From positions 63 through 64,062 of the forward strand of contig CAYXRT010000009.1 in NCBI GenBank assembly GCA_964467535.1: a stretch of 64,000 nucleotides of DNA, written 5' to 3'. Each line of letters opens with the position of its first letter. Within the stretch, counting starts at the first letter, position 1. Shown here in pieces: positions 16,524 to 25,657 of this stretch. Both the position numbers and the translations under genes were made by a program. The notes under the pieces are model-generated. The model was not told where the DNA came from and did no database searches. It saw only the letters and a list, made by a program, of their open reading frames with translations. This DNA comes from an uncultured Desulfurococcales archaeon. Its GTDB lineage: Archaea > Thermoproteota > Thermoprotei_A > Sulfolobales > WANQ01.

Positions 16524-18635
16524 TTAAATCACATTTAGAGGCCTAAGGCTAAGTGCCTTCCTAATAATTTCTTTATTTATTAATCCATCAAGTACCGCTT
16601 TAAATAATATTGCTAAGGTGTGTCTGCATACTATATCTTCAACCCTACATGTACAGCTCCAAAGTCCTTCACTTAATTTTATTTCAACATTTTCGTTGTA
16701 TACTTTCCCCCTTAATGTTAAAGTTTGGTCGTCGAATTCTACATTAACATCCTCGTTACTTATAATTGATATAGCTGTTAATACTTCATCTAAAGTCGTT
16801 GATGCTATATCATTTATTATTTTAGGAGATTTGTTAACTATGTCGATTACTGAATTAATTTCACCACCAGTAATTTCGCTAATTTCCTTTAATTGCTCGA
16901 TGAGTCTTCTTCTTATAGTTGCTTCTCCTATTGCTTTACTCCATTCTTTAAGTAAGTCTATATCAGCACCTGCATATTCTAACTCTCTATCTCTTACTCT
17001 AATCATTACTGGAGCACATGCTATGGGCCCTAATACTATTGCTTCACCCGGATTTAATCCTGGCAGATTACTTAGGAGTTCTTGACTCATTTCTTCACTA
17101 GCATCTCTTACTGCTTCTTGATCTCTAGGATTAACTATTCTTAATATTATTTGGCTTTGACATTGACTTAATATATCCGAGTCAACCTTACTTGGTCTTT
17201 GAGTTATAACTATTAGGAATACTCCAAACTTTCTACCTTCACTAGCTATTTTTGCAATTATATCTCTGCTCCAAGTACTTTCTAAGTGTTTTGGTGGAGC
17301 AAATCTATGAGCTTCTTCTAATACAACAACTACAGGATAGGGGTATTTCTCTCCTTTTAACCCTCTACGGTGTCTTACCCTTGCATTGAATACTCTAGTT
17401 AAAATATTGTAAACTAGGTGATCCTGAACTTCTTTTCTTAATCCACTTAAGTTAAAAACCGTTACTTGTGAAGGTTTTAATATTTTTTCTAGAGGAATTG
17501 TTACTGTAGTATAAACACCTATTTTCCTTAACATCTCTAGATATCTTATAGTATCATAGCCTGGCTCTGTATCTCTTCTTAATGCTAACCATATTTTCTT
17601 CAAGCCTTTCTTAAGTTTAGTGACAAGTTTTTCGTTATTTTCAAGGTTTTTGACATCCACTTCTAAGTTATTATATAGTTCTCGTTTAACTGTATCGTAG
17701 AAGTTGTCAAAGCTTGAACCTCTTCTCAAGGCTTTCATTGATTCAATAGCTGTTATTGAAGCCTCTATTATCCTTTGTAAGGCTTTTAAACCGCCTAGTT
17801 TTGAATTACCAAATACTTCAACTAATACCTTACTTACCTCCTTAGCACCTGAGAGAACTGCTCTAAGCCTTGAAGCTGTAGGTGGTATTCTAGCTACAGA
17901 AGCTAGCTCATCAGCTGACATGTTTAATACATTTACCCTATACAATATGTCTCCTTCTTGATTTTTATGACCCTTTAGTATAAATGCATCAACAGATTCG
18001 TTGTATTTTCTTAATCTATGTATGGTTTCTTTTACCTTAACATATTCTCCATGAGGATCAAGCACTAGTATAGTAGCACCTTTCTTCAATAGTTCTTCAA
18101 TCAATACAATACTTGTCCACGTCTTACCACTGCCCGTCGCCGCTATTATTGCTAAATGCCTTCTAATTCCATCCATATTTAACATTACTGGAACGCTTGG
18201 TCTAGTAATTAAGTAGCCTACATGAAGTCCTTTGGCAGGTTCTATACTATAAAATTCCTTAATTAATTCATCTGGTGCAAGATAAACCCATGAACCTATG
18301 GTTGCAGCATGTCTGGGATAGTAAATTTTACCCTTATACTTATATCCTAAGACATGTGCTATTCCAACAATTAAATCTGAGAGAGCTGCCCTAGGAACAT
18401 CTTTTATCACATCCCATGGATGTGAAGGTGAAATTCCTAGTCCAAGCCTCTTAATTTCACGAACTTGAGCTAGAACCTTAACCTTATGGGGGGTTGTTTG
18501 TCCAGGAGGTACTTCCTCTAATTCTACATACACATATTCATAGAGAGGTGGAGGTGTATCAGGGTTTATGCTAAATACGAAATAGTTGGGCTTAGAGTCT
18601 CCAGTTACCTTACCTATCTTTAATGGTCTATTCAT
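16524..18635 (-). CDS. herA: HerA-type (FtsK-HerA superfamily) hexameric ATPase/helicase with C-terminal SWIM zinc-finger extension
   Basis: 703 aa. N-terminal barrel-like region, Walker A AATGSGKT, Walker B VVVVLEEAHRF, and ITQRPSKVDSDILSQCQSQIILR. The C-terminus has WSCTCRVEDIVCRHTLAILF, matching CxCx6CxH. Its start overlaps the nurA stop. Confidence 0.85.
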   Translation of the reverse strand: MNRPLKIGKVTGDSKPNYFVFSINPDTPPPLYEYVYVELEEVPPGQTTPHKVKVLAQVREIKRLGLGISPSHPWDVIKDVPRAALSDLIVGIAHVLGYKYKGKIYYPRHAATIGSWVYLAPDELIKEFYSIEPAKGLHVGYLITRPSVPVMLNMDGIRRHLAIIAATGSGKTWTSIVLIEELLKKGATILVLDPHGEYVKVKETIHRLRKYNESVDAFILKGHKNQEGDILYRVNVLNMSADELASVARIPPTASRLRAVLSGAKEVSKVLVEVFGNSKLGGLKALQRIIEASITAIESMKALRRGSSFDNFYDTVKRELYNNLEVDVKNLENNEKLVTKLKKGLKKIWLALRRDTEPGYDTIRYLEMLRKIGVYTTVTIPLEKILKPSQVTVFNLSGLRKEVQDHLVYNILTRVFNARVRHRRGLKGEKYPYPVVVVLEEAHRFAPPKHLESTWSRDIIAKIASEGRKFGVFLIVITQRPSKVDSDILSQCQSQIILRIVNPRDQEAVRDASEEMSQELLSNLPGLNPGEAIVLGPIACAPVMIRVRDRELEYAGADIDLLKEWSKAIGEATIRRRLIEQLKEISEITGGEINSVIDIVNKSPKIINDIASTTLDEVLTAISIISNEDVNVEFDDQTLTLRGKVYNENVEIKLSEGLWSCTCRVEDIVCRHTLAILFKAVLDGLINKEIIRKALSLRPLNVI

Positions 18636-19957
18636 TACCTTACACCTAACGTATACCTTCTACTTAGAGGAATCGTCAGTCCATATTTCCTAAACATATT
18701 ATCTATTAGCATTATGTATTGAGTCATCTGCTTAGCCGGCAACTTCGCCAGTTGATGAGCTTGTACTAACCATGTATTATAGTACTTTGGGCTCTTATAG
18801 TCTTTAACAATCCTACATACTATTAGTTCCTCATTATAGGTTAGGTCTCTTAAATTCCTTTTGACATCAATGAACTTGTACTTGAAATCTATAGTTTCAA
18901 CCATTAATGCGTAATCTAAGGGATTTAGCTTTAAATACATTATATTTACTGCAGGCAAATTTTTTAATAAACTATCTAGTACATCAAGGTATAGTTCAAG
19001 GTAGCTTCTATCAGCATCATCAGCATATTTAGATAATTCTTTGACTATGCTATATAATTTATTTTTCATTAGAACTCTCTCTAAAAGATCATTTACTAAT
19101 CCAACAATTAATGGCTTTGTGATCCCCCTTTCACCTTTAGATACATCGTCTACTAGATGAAGATCCCTATAAGTTGTATTTAGAATTAATTCTAGAACGT
19201 ACTTCAATTTATGCTCTTTCTGCAAGTTGACATATTTCCTTATTATGTATTCCCTACCTCTAGCGGGGTAATATAGTAAGTATTTAGCTATGTCCTTTTG
19301 ATTAAGCTCTATAAGTTTATTATAGAGTAAATATTCTTTAAGGATCCTTAATGACGAATTTTTACTTACAAACGCAATATTTATTTTCTCTTCATTACAT
19401 TTCTTAAGTAAATTACATAATTCGATAAATAATTTAACTGCTAACGTAAAGGATTTTAATTCGCCTAAGCTTAACCTATCCCTCTTAATATATGGTTTAA
19501 CTATTCTCATTAATACCTTCATTAATGTAACAAATAAGCTACCATCTATTAGTAGAAGGACTTTTTCATTCTTAACGACATTTAATGATTTACGTGCTAC
19601 ACGTATTTCAGTATAAGTTCTTAGTAGATCAAGATATCCTGGCGATCTATATCTGGTCAACTCAACCTTTAAAGCTCTAAAAGGCTTTTTACCATTACTG
19701 AGAATAGCTAAAGCTCTTGTAATATATAGTGCCCCTCCACCACTAAGCTCCTCCCTACCTGAACCTCCATCAACAGCTATTACTAGCATATCATCAACTT
19801 CGTGTTTAGGTAATGTAGGGGACCAAAAACCTAGAGGCATTAAATCACTGCTAATGAATTTATCTAGAGATATAGTGGAGTACTTATGAGATTCTATTAA
19901 TTGAGATATTTCTTCCAATAGTAAGTCGGTAAACATGTCTATTGAGGTAGCCACCAT
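18635..19957 (-). CDS. nurA: NurA-domain 5'-3' nuclease
   Basis: 440 aa. NurA-like strings VIAVDGGSG, LLLIDGSLF and AFVSKNSSLR. Translationally coupled to herA. Confidence 0.7.
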   Translation of the reverse strand: MVATSIDMFTDLLLEEISQLIESHKYSTISLDKFISSDLMPLGFWSPTLPKHEVDDMLVIAVDGGSGREELSGGGALYITRALAILSNGKKPFRALKVELTRYRSPGYLDLLRTYTEIRVARKSLNVVKNEKVLLLIDGSLFVTLMKVLMRIVKPYIKRDRLSLGELKSFTLAVKLFIELCNLLKKCNEEKINIAFVSKNSSLRILKEYLLYNKLIELNQKDIAKYLLYYPARGREYIIRKYVNLQKEHKLKYVLELILNTTYRDLHLVDDVSKGERGITKPLIVGLVNDLLERVLMKNKLYSIVKELSKYADDADRSYLELYLDVLDSLLKNLPAVNIMYLKLNPLDYALMVETIDFKYKFIDVKRNLRDLTYNEELIVCRIVKDYKSPKYYNTWLVQAHQLAKLPAKQMTQYIMLIDNMFRKYGLTIPLSRRYTLGVR

Positions 19958-20021
19958 TTCCCCTCTAATAAATGTCGTATAGTGCTATTAGCTTAATAAA
20001 GATGTAGCGTATTAGTCTTAA

Positions 20022-20906
20022 TCACCATTCCAACTTATATGCTATAACGCCTTTTACTCCATTAATCCATTTAACGTGATAAAAACCGGCTTTTCTTAGT
20101 CTTTCCATAACACCTTTAACGAACCTTATTCTATGTTTGCCTGGTTCACCTGTATAATGAAATAATGTTCCTCTAGGTCTCAACACCCTGCATAGCTTCC
20201 TATAGAATTCTTCACTATATAGGTCTCCTGAAGTAGAAGTAAATCGTGGCGGATCATGAATTATAGTATGGAAGTAGTTATTGGGTAATTCATCAATTAC
20301 TTTAAATATATCCCCCTTAATAATGATGATGCCTCTTCTTTCTAAGATCCTTGACCAAGGATTATGTTGAGATATCTCAAGAACAACTTCATCTATTTCA
20401 ACGGTATATACTTCTGTCGCGCCACGTAATAGGCTTAATATTGCCGTATAGCCTAATCCCATACATGTGTCTAGAACCCTACATCCCCTACGTACTCTTG
20501 CTGCTTTAACCTTAAGTTTTGAATCCTCCCAAGGCGTTATGTCCTTAATTCTATGCATATGTATACCGTTAATTTCAAGTGTAGGAGCAGTGTCACCATT
20601 AACTGCCATTAACTTATAGAATCCTGTTGGCGTTCTTCTCGTAACAGCTACTATTTTATCGTTATCAACAACTTCATAAACAGCGTTGCCCTTTAACTCC
20701 TTCAATAAGTCGATAGAAATCCAGTAATTGTTAAGTAGAACATACTTGAAATTACCATCAAAGTAGGCCTTACTTTTAGTTAAGCCTAGGTCTAATGATA
20801 TAGTAAATTCCTTTATCCTCCTTACTGCATGATCTAATATAAGTTGTGCGTGAGTCCTAGTTAGTCTTGGTCTATCTATATAGCTATATTCGTATACTTC
20901 AATCAT
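20022..20906 (-). CDS. SAM-dependent methyltransferase with DPPxF motif (COG2521-like archaeal methyltransferase)
   Basis: 294 aa. Motif I RVLDTCMGLGYTA and motif IV IIHDPPRF, as in amino-methyltransferases of DNA N6A/N4C or RNA m2G type. Confidence 0.7.
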   Translation of the reverse strand: MIEVYEYSYIDRPRLTRTHAQLILDHAVRRIKEFTISLDLGLTKSKAYFDGNFKYVLLNNYWISIDLLKELKGNAVYEVVDNDKIVAVTRRTPTGFYKLMAVNGDTAPTLEINGIHMHRIKDITPWEDSKLKVKAARVRRGCRVLDTCMGLGYTAILSLLRGATEVYTVEIDEVVLEISQHNPWSRILERRGIIIIKGDIFKVIDELPNNYFHTIIHDPPRFTSTSGDLYSEEFYRKLCRVLRPRGTLFHYTGEPGKHRIRFVKGVMERLRKAGFYHVKWINGVKGVIAYKLEW

Positions 20907-21067
20907 ATGTTCTTACCATAGATTACCAGTAGTTAAATAATGTAATTGCGCACTTACAAGGTTTACCGTATGATAACAATAATTATTTCTATGAATTTAG
21001 GTTTAGTGAAGCTCATCACCCTTAAATATAGCGTCCTAACTCCTTTATTTTATGCGGGGTAATATAG

Positions 21068-21739
21068 GTGGAGCAAAAAGCTACGCGTGATAATATTATC
21101 ATGGAAATTCTTAAGTTTGTTGAGAAGAAGTCATGGGTTCCAAGATCTAAAGTTATTGAATGTAGGTCGATTTTTGAATTACTAGTCTTAACCATTATCT
21201 CTCAAATAACTAACTGGAGGAATGTGAGGACAGTATTCAATAGACTTAAGCAACTTGGAGGAATTTCTCCTGAAGTGATTAAGGAGGCAGAGCTAAAGGC
21301 TATTGAAGAAGCGCTTAAGCCTGCAGGTCTATATAGAGTTAAGGCCAAGAGAATTAAGGAATTAGCAGTTATTTTTCATAAACAAGATTTAGAGCGTAAG
21401 CTAAGGGAAATTAATGACATGGTAAAGGCTAGAGAAGTTTTACTATCACTTCCTGGAATAGGTTTTAAGACTGCAGATATAATTCTAGTCTTCTGTCTCG
21501 GTTTTGACATTTTACCTATAGACACTCATATTAGGAGAATAGCAATAAGAACAGGTATAGCTAATTCAAAAGATTCATATGATGAAATTAGATTAAAACT
21601 AGAATCTCATATACCCTTAGGTCTCAGAGGTTGGGCTCATTTAGCGTTAATAGAATTTGGAAGGAGAATATGTGGTTCAAGGAAACCTAGGTGTAGTTCA
21701 TGTCCTGTGAAAAGTATTTGTCCGAGTTCTAAAGTTTAA
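21068..21739 (+). CDS. nth: Endonuclease III / HhH-GPD DNA glycosylase with [4Fe-4S] cluster loop
   Basis: HhH LPGIGFKTADIIL and a C-terminal Cx6Cx2Cx5C (CGSRKPRCSSCPVKSIC). GTG start; ATG 21101 is an alternative. Confidence 0.85.
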   Translation: MEQKATRDNIIMEILKFVEKKSWVPRSKVIECRSIFELLVLTIISQITNWRNVRTVFNRLKQLGGISPEVIKEAELKAIEEALKPAGLYRVKAKRIKELAVIFHKQDLERKLREINDMVKAREVLLSLPGIGFKTADIILVFCLGFDILPIDTHIRRIAIRTGIANSKDSYDEIRLKLESHIPLGLRGWAHLALIEFGRRICGSRKPRCSSCPVKSICPSSKV

Positions 21740-22768
21740 TTTCTGGTCAATAACTTTCATTCTACTTAGCTTATTCCATACAATTCTTAGCGTGGGAGTC
21801 TGAGACGCTATGCGTTTCCTTAATTTTACTTCAACATCAATTACGCTTCCAGGTTTAATTTCTCTGATTATCTCTCTTCCTAAAATATTACCTCTATCTA
21901 TTAGTAATATCAGCACCTTATCTGGTTTAGAAGAACCCTCATTAGCTATTTTTAACTTTAATAATCCCTCATCTTCATGTAATTCTATGTTCTTAACTAC
22001 TATCTTAGGCAGCTTGCAAATCGTTTCACAAAGTATTATGCTTGATATTTTTATTTCGGAAGGATAATATTTAGTGCCTGTTTTCTCGTGCATTAATGTT
22101 ACGTTATTTACGTCTAAGAGGTTTATGTTACCTTTTATGTATTCTTCAACGCCAGTGATTCCGCTAAGACTACCTATATTCTCTTCATTAACCTTTATAC
22201 ACAATTTTGCCATAGGCGAGGGCATTATACTAGTCAATATAAAAGTTCCTGTTCCATAAATTCTTTCTAATTTAACTTCAATCTTTAGCTCCTCGCCTGG
22301 CTGTAATAGTCCCGCACCCGATAGATATGATAGTGATGACTTCACTTCATCCGTAGGATATAATATTAATAAACCTACATGATCTATTGTTATGGGTTCT
22401 CCTCCTTCATAGAATACACTAACAGTATGTTTTGATTGAGACTTTGTTATCGGTGTAACGTCGAAAACCACCTTAGCGAAGTATTGTTCTTTTGTGTTAA
22501 CTACAAGGTGAGGTTTTAATTCTCTCGTGACTGTAAATCCATTAAACCATAATTTCCATCTTAATCCGTATGGGTTTTGGGGTGATGTTATAGCTACTTC
22601 AAGTAGTGCTTTATGAATATCTTTACCTTCAGGTAAAGGAGTATCGATGTATGCTTTCTGGAATTTCGGATTTTTAAGACCCCCTAATCTCATGGGTGTT
22701 GTAGTAGTTGCATATATTACGTCTCCTTGAATGCTTCCTTCAAGATATGTTCTCAATTCAGAGTTCAT
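21698..22768 (-). CDS. Hypothetical beta-rich protein (C-terminal CARDB-like segment)
   Basis: 356-aa ORF with no catalytic motif. The C-terminal LKLKIANEGSSKPDKVLILLIDRGNILG...VIDVEVKL resembles CARDB/Ig-like repeats. Its 3' end overlaps nth by 42 nt. Confidence 0.5.
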   Translation of the reverse strand: MNSELRTYLEGSIQGDVIYATTTTPMRLGGLKNPKFQKAYIDTPLPEGKDIHKALLEVAITSPQNPYGLRWKLWFNGFTVTRELKPHLVVNTKEQYFAKVVFDVTPITKSQSKHTVSVFYEGGEPITIDHVGLLILYPTDEVKSSLSYLSGAGLLQPGEELKIEVKLERIYGTGTFILTSIMPSPMAKLCIKVNEENIGSLSGITGVEEYIKGNINLLDVNNVTLMHEKTGTKYYPSEIKISSIILCETICKLPKIVVKNIELHEDEGLLKLKIANEGSSKPDKVLILLIDRGNILGREIIREIKPGSVIDVEVKLRKRIASQTPTLRIVWNKLSRMKVIDQKLNFRTRTNTFHRT

Positions 22769-22966
22769 TACGCTCTACCTCATTAACGTGTATAGCCTGA
22801 ATATTATACTATTATCGTTACATATTAAACTTAAATTTACATCTAGTTAGAATTATTCATAATAGCCCTGAGAACTATCAAGGAATGTTCTAACCTATTT
22901 TGTGATTAGCATAAAATTTAAATAAAAGAACCCTTCAACCTATCTAGGGTTTGTAGAGGGAAGCTA

Positions 22967-23251
22967 ATGAGTCTAGAGACTTATCTCGATATACTAATAT
23001 TCAGTGTAATACCCGTTTTCCTAGTAGCTGTAGCTCTCTACTGCATTAGAATCATTAAAGGACCAACAATACCAGATATGGTACTAGCTGTTGATGCGTT
23101 GGGATTTGATCTAGCTGCATTTATGTGTTTATTAGCATTATACTTTAAATCGGCATTCCTCATAGGAGGAGCGATAATATTAGCATTATGGGTTTATGCT
23201 CTAGATATCTTCGTCGCTAAATATTATCTAAAGCGTGAATTAGGTGATTAA
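22967..23251 (+). CDS. Mbh/Mrp membrane subunit, MrpF/MnhF-like (MbhB-like)
   Basis: 94 aa, 3 TM helices. GPTIPDMVLAVDALG is typical of MnhF. First gene of the membrane-arm operon. Confidence 0.75.
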   Translation: MSLETYLDILIFSVIPVFLVAVALYCIRIIKGPTIPDMVLAVDALGFDLAAFMCLLALYFKSAFLIGGAIILALWVYALDIFVAKYYLKRELGD

Positions 23252-23645
23252 AGTGTTTGATCCAAATATTACGAAATTTATCTTATTCATTATTGGATCT
23301 ATCCTCGTAGTTATTGGTGCATTTTGTGATCTTGTAGCTTCAATAGGCTTTTTACGTTTCCCCAACTTCTTTGTAAGGCTGCATGCTGCAACTATTGGTG
23401 CCATAGGCGGAGCCGTCGTTCCATTAATTGGCGTAGCCTTCTTAGCGCTTTCAGCAGACTTTCTAGGCACGTTTAGATGGTATGTAGCTGGAGCCTCAGT
23501 TATGACGGCTATATTCATATTACTTGCTGCACCAACAGGTTCACATGCTTTAGCGAATGCTGCCCATAGAGCTAAAGTTGTTCCGGTAATGCCTAAGGTA
23601 TGTGATCATTTAGAGGAAGATCGTGGTAGGGAGGGTGAAAAGTAA
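23244..23645 (+). CDS. Mbh/Mrp membrane subunit, MrpG/MnhG-like (MbhC-like)
   Basis: 133 aa. LRFPNFFVRLHAATIGAIGG matches the MnhG signature (R.PD...R.HA). Overlaps the upstream gene by 8 nt. Confidence 0.75.
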   Translation: MIKVFDPNITKFILFIIGSILVVIGAFCDLVASIGFLRFPNFFVRLHAATIGAIGGAVVPLIGVAFLALSADFLGTFRWYVAGASVMTAIFILLAAPTGSHALANAAHRAKVVPVMPKVCDHLEEDRGREGEK

Positions 23646-23900
23646 ATGTATATCCTCCATTTAATAATGACGGCTATCTGTTTAACATTAGCACTTGTAT
23701 TTGCGTACTTAGCTATAGTTAGTAAAGACCTTCTTATGGCAGTAGTATTTTCTGCTGCACAATCTATATTTTATGCATTAGTATTTTACCTGTTACTAGC
23801 TCCTGATATTGTTTTAGCGTATGTTGCCGTGAGTGTTGGAATTTATTCCGCATTACTGGTCTTTATTATAAGGAAAACTGAAAGATACGAAAAGGTGTAA
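23646..23900 (+). CDS. Mbh small membrane subunit (MbhD-like)
   Basis: 84 aa, 3 predicted TM helices. Its position between MrpG-like and MnhB-like genes matches known mbh operons. Confidence 0.55.
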   Translation: MYILHLIMTAICLTLALVFAYLAIVSKDLLMAVVFSAAQSIFYALVFYLLLAPDIVLAYVAVSVGIYSALLVFIIRKTERYEKV

Positions 23901-23902
23901 AA

Positions 23903-24736
23903 ATGAAGCGCATGGAGCATATAATAGCAGTTGGAATGGTGTTAGCTGTCGCTCTCATAGCTTACTTTATAACTCATACATGGGCCCTAGGACCTATACC
24001 TCCTGTAGAACTAAGAGGTATAGCTAAACTTTATTTAAGGGGTATGATGTCTAAAACAACTCCATTCTATGTATCCAGCCCGGAGGCAGTAACATCAATC
24101 CTTTGGGATTACAGAGGCTTAGATACACTATATGAAACAGCAGTATTTTTCTTGGCTATTATTGGCTCAGTAACTGTATTTAGATTACTTAGAGAACATG
24201 AACATATGGTTGAAGAGCATAGGAAGGAGATTAAAGTCCCTGGTATGACCCTAATAGTTAAGTTAATTACTAAGTTAACCTTCACAATTATAATGGTTAT
24301 TGCAGCGGCTATAGCACTTCATGGACAAATAACGCCTGGAGGAGGATTCCAGGGAGGAGCTGCATTAGCTGTTGCTCCTCTGCTTGCCGTTGCTGCTTTA
24401 TCTAGATACTTTGTTGAAGACGTAGGTCTTAAGGAGAGAACAGCTTTGGCTTTACGTACACTTGGACTAGCAATAATTGGATTAATAGCGTTAGTACCAC
24501 TTATGCTGATAGGTCTTGGAGGTATAGCTTATTTCATGCAAAATCTACCCAAGCCTTGGGCAAGATATGTAGGCTTTCCCCAATGGCTCTATGATGTACC
24601 TCTAGGCGGTTCACTCTTCTTCTATAACGTAGCAGAATGCCTAGCTGTTGGAGCAGGCTTTACAGTGCTATTTCTATTATTATCCATACCCGAGAAAATA
24701 TACATGAAAGTAATAGAAGGTGAAAAAGGTGAGTAA
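23903..24736 (+). CDS. Mbh/Mrp membrane subunit with MnhB domain (MbhE/F-like)
   Basis: 277 aa. SPEAVTSILWDYRGLDTLYETAVFFLAIIG is the MnhB-domain signature. Confidence 0.75.
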   Translation: MKRMEHIIAVGMVLAVALIAYFITHTWALGPIPPVELRGIAKLYLRGMMSKTTPFYVSSPEAVTSILWDYRGLDTLYETAVFFLAIIGSVTVFRLLREHEHMVEEHRKEIKVPGMTLIVKLITKLTFTIIMVIAAAIALHGQITPGGGFQGGAALAVAPLLAVAALSRYFVEDVGLKERTALALRTLGLAIIGLIALVPLMLIGLGGIAYFMQNLPKPWARYVGFPQWLYDVPLGGSLFFYNVAECLAVGAGFTVLFLLLSIPEKIYMKVIEGEKGE

Positions 24737-25139
24737 TAGTATCGAATTATTCATAGTAACATTCCTTTGGACATACATCTACCTTGCACTATTAGCAATT
24801 ATAGGGTTAGCTATCTACGGCATCGTATTTAGACCTAATATTCTAAAGAAAATAATAGCATTAACAATCCTAGGCGACACTGCAAACATATTCATGATTT
24901 ATGTAGGATATAGATACGCCTATCCTTTAAAGCCTCCAATATTATGGTCATGGGAACCAACACCAGAGGACATAAGTACGTTCTTAGCTCAATCAGTTGA
25001 TCCTCTACCTCAAGCACTAGTTATAACAGCTATAGTAATTAACTTAGCAGTAACATTACTCATTTGCTTCATAGCCGTTCAAGCATATAGATTGTACCAT
25101 TCATTAGATGTAAGAGATCTAGCTAAGCTTAAAGGGTGA
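24720..25139 (+). CDS. Mbh/Mrp membrane subunit, MrpC/NuoK-like (MbhG-like)
   Basis: 139 aa, 3 TM helices; KKIIALTILGDTANIFMIYVGY. GTG start overlapping the upstream gene. Confidence 0.7.
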   Translation: MKKVSNSIELFIVTFLWTYIYLALLAIIGLAIYGIVFRPNILKKIIALTILGDTANIFMIYVGYRYAYPLKPPILWSWEPTPEDISTFLAQSVDPLPQALVITAIVINLAVTLLICFIAVQAYRLYHSLDVRDLAKLKG

Positions 25140-25143
25140 AAAT

Positions 25144-25647
25144 ATGAAATTTACAAGATGTATAGCACCAATAATAATGTTGTTCTTAATATACATAGTA
25201 TTTTCAGGTTCCATTAAAATATACGATATTCTCCTAGGACTGATAATTGCAGTAATCGTTGGAGGTATAATGGGTGCCATCCTTGTAGAAAATCCTAAGA
25301 AATCTCTAAACCCGATCAGGTTAGGATGGCTAATACTGTATGCATTTAAGTACTTCTTCATAGATGAGGTTAGGGCCCATACAGATGTTATTAAGAGAAT
25401 ACTTCATCCAAGACTCCCCATAAATCCAGGTATAGTCAGAGTACCCTATCACGTAAAGTCGGATTACGCAATAGTAACCATAGCTAATTCTATCACCAAT
25501 ACTCCAGGAACGGTGACAGTAGATATTGATGAAGAAAGGAAATACCTTTACGTACATTGGATTAATGTTAAAGCCCCTGATGAAAAGACAACCTATGAAA
25601 ATATAGTTAAACCTTTCGAGAAATACGCTAAAAACATCTTTGATTAG
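25144..25647 (+). CDS. Mbh/Mrp membrane subunit, MrpE/MnhE-like (MbhA-like)
   Basis: 167 aa. SITNTPGTVTVDID matches the MnhE signature (TLTPGT). Confidence 0.7.
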   Translation: MKFTRCIAPIIMLFLIYIVFSGSIKIYDILLGLIIAVIVGGIMGAILVENPKKSLNPIRLGWLILYAFKYFFIDEVRAHTDVIKRILHPRLPINPGIVRVPYHVKSDYAIVTIANSITNTPGTVTVDIDEERKYLYVHWINVKAPDEKTTYENIVKPFEKYAKNIFD

Positions 25648-25657
25648 GTGATATGAA

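Noticed and set aside
20960-21025. GTGATGA on the minus strand (21013-21019) upstream of the methyltransferase gene, a possible C box.
   Set aside because: No downstream CTGA D box or C' box at appropriate spacing.
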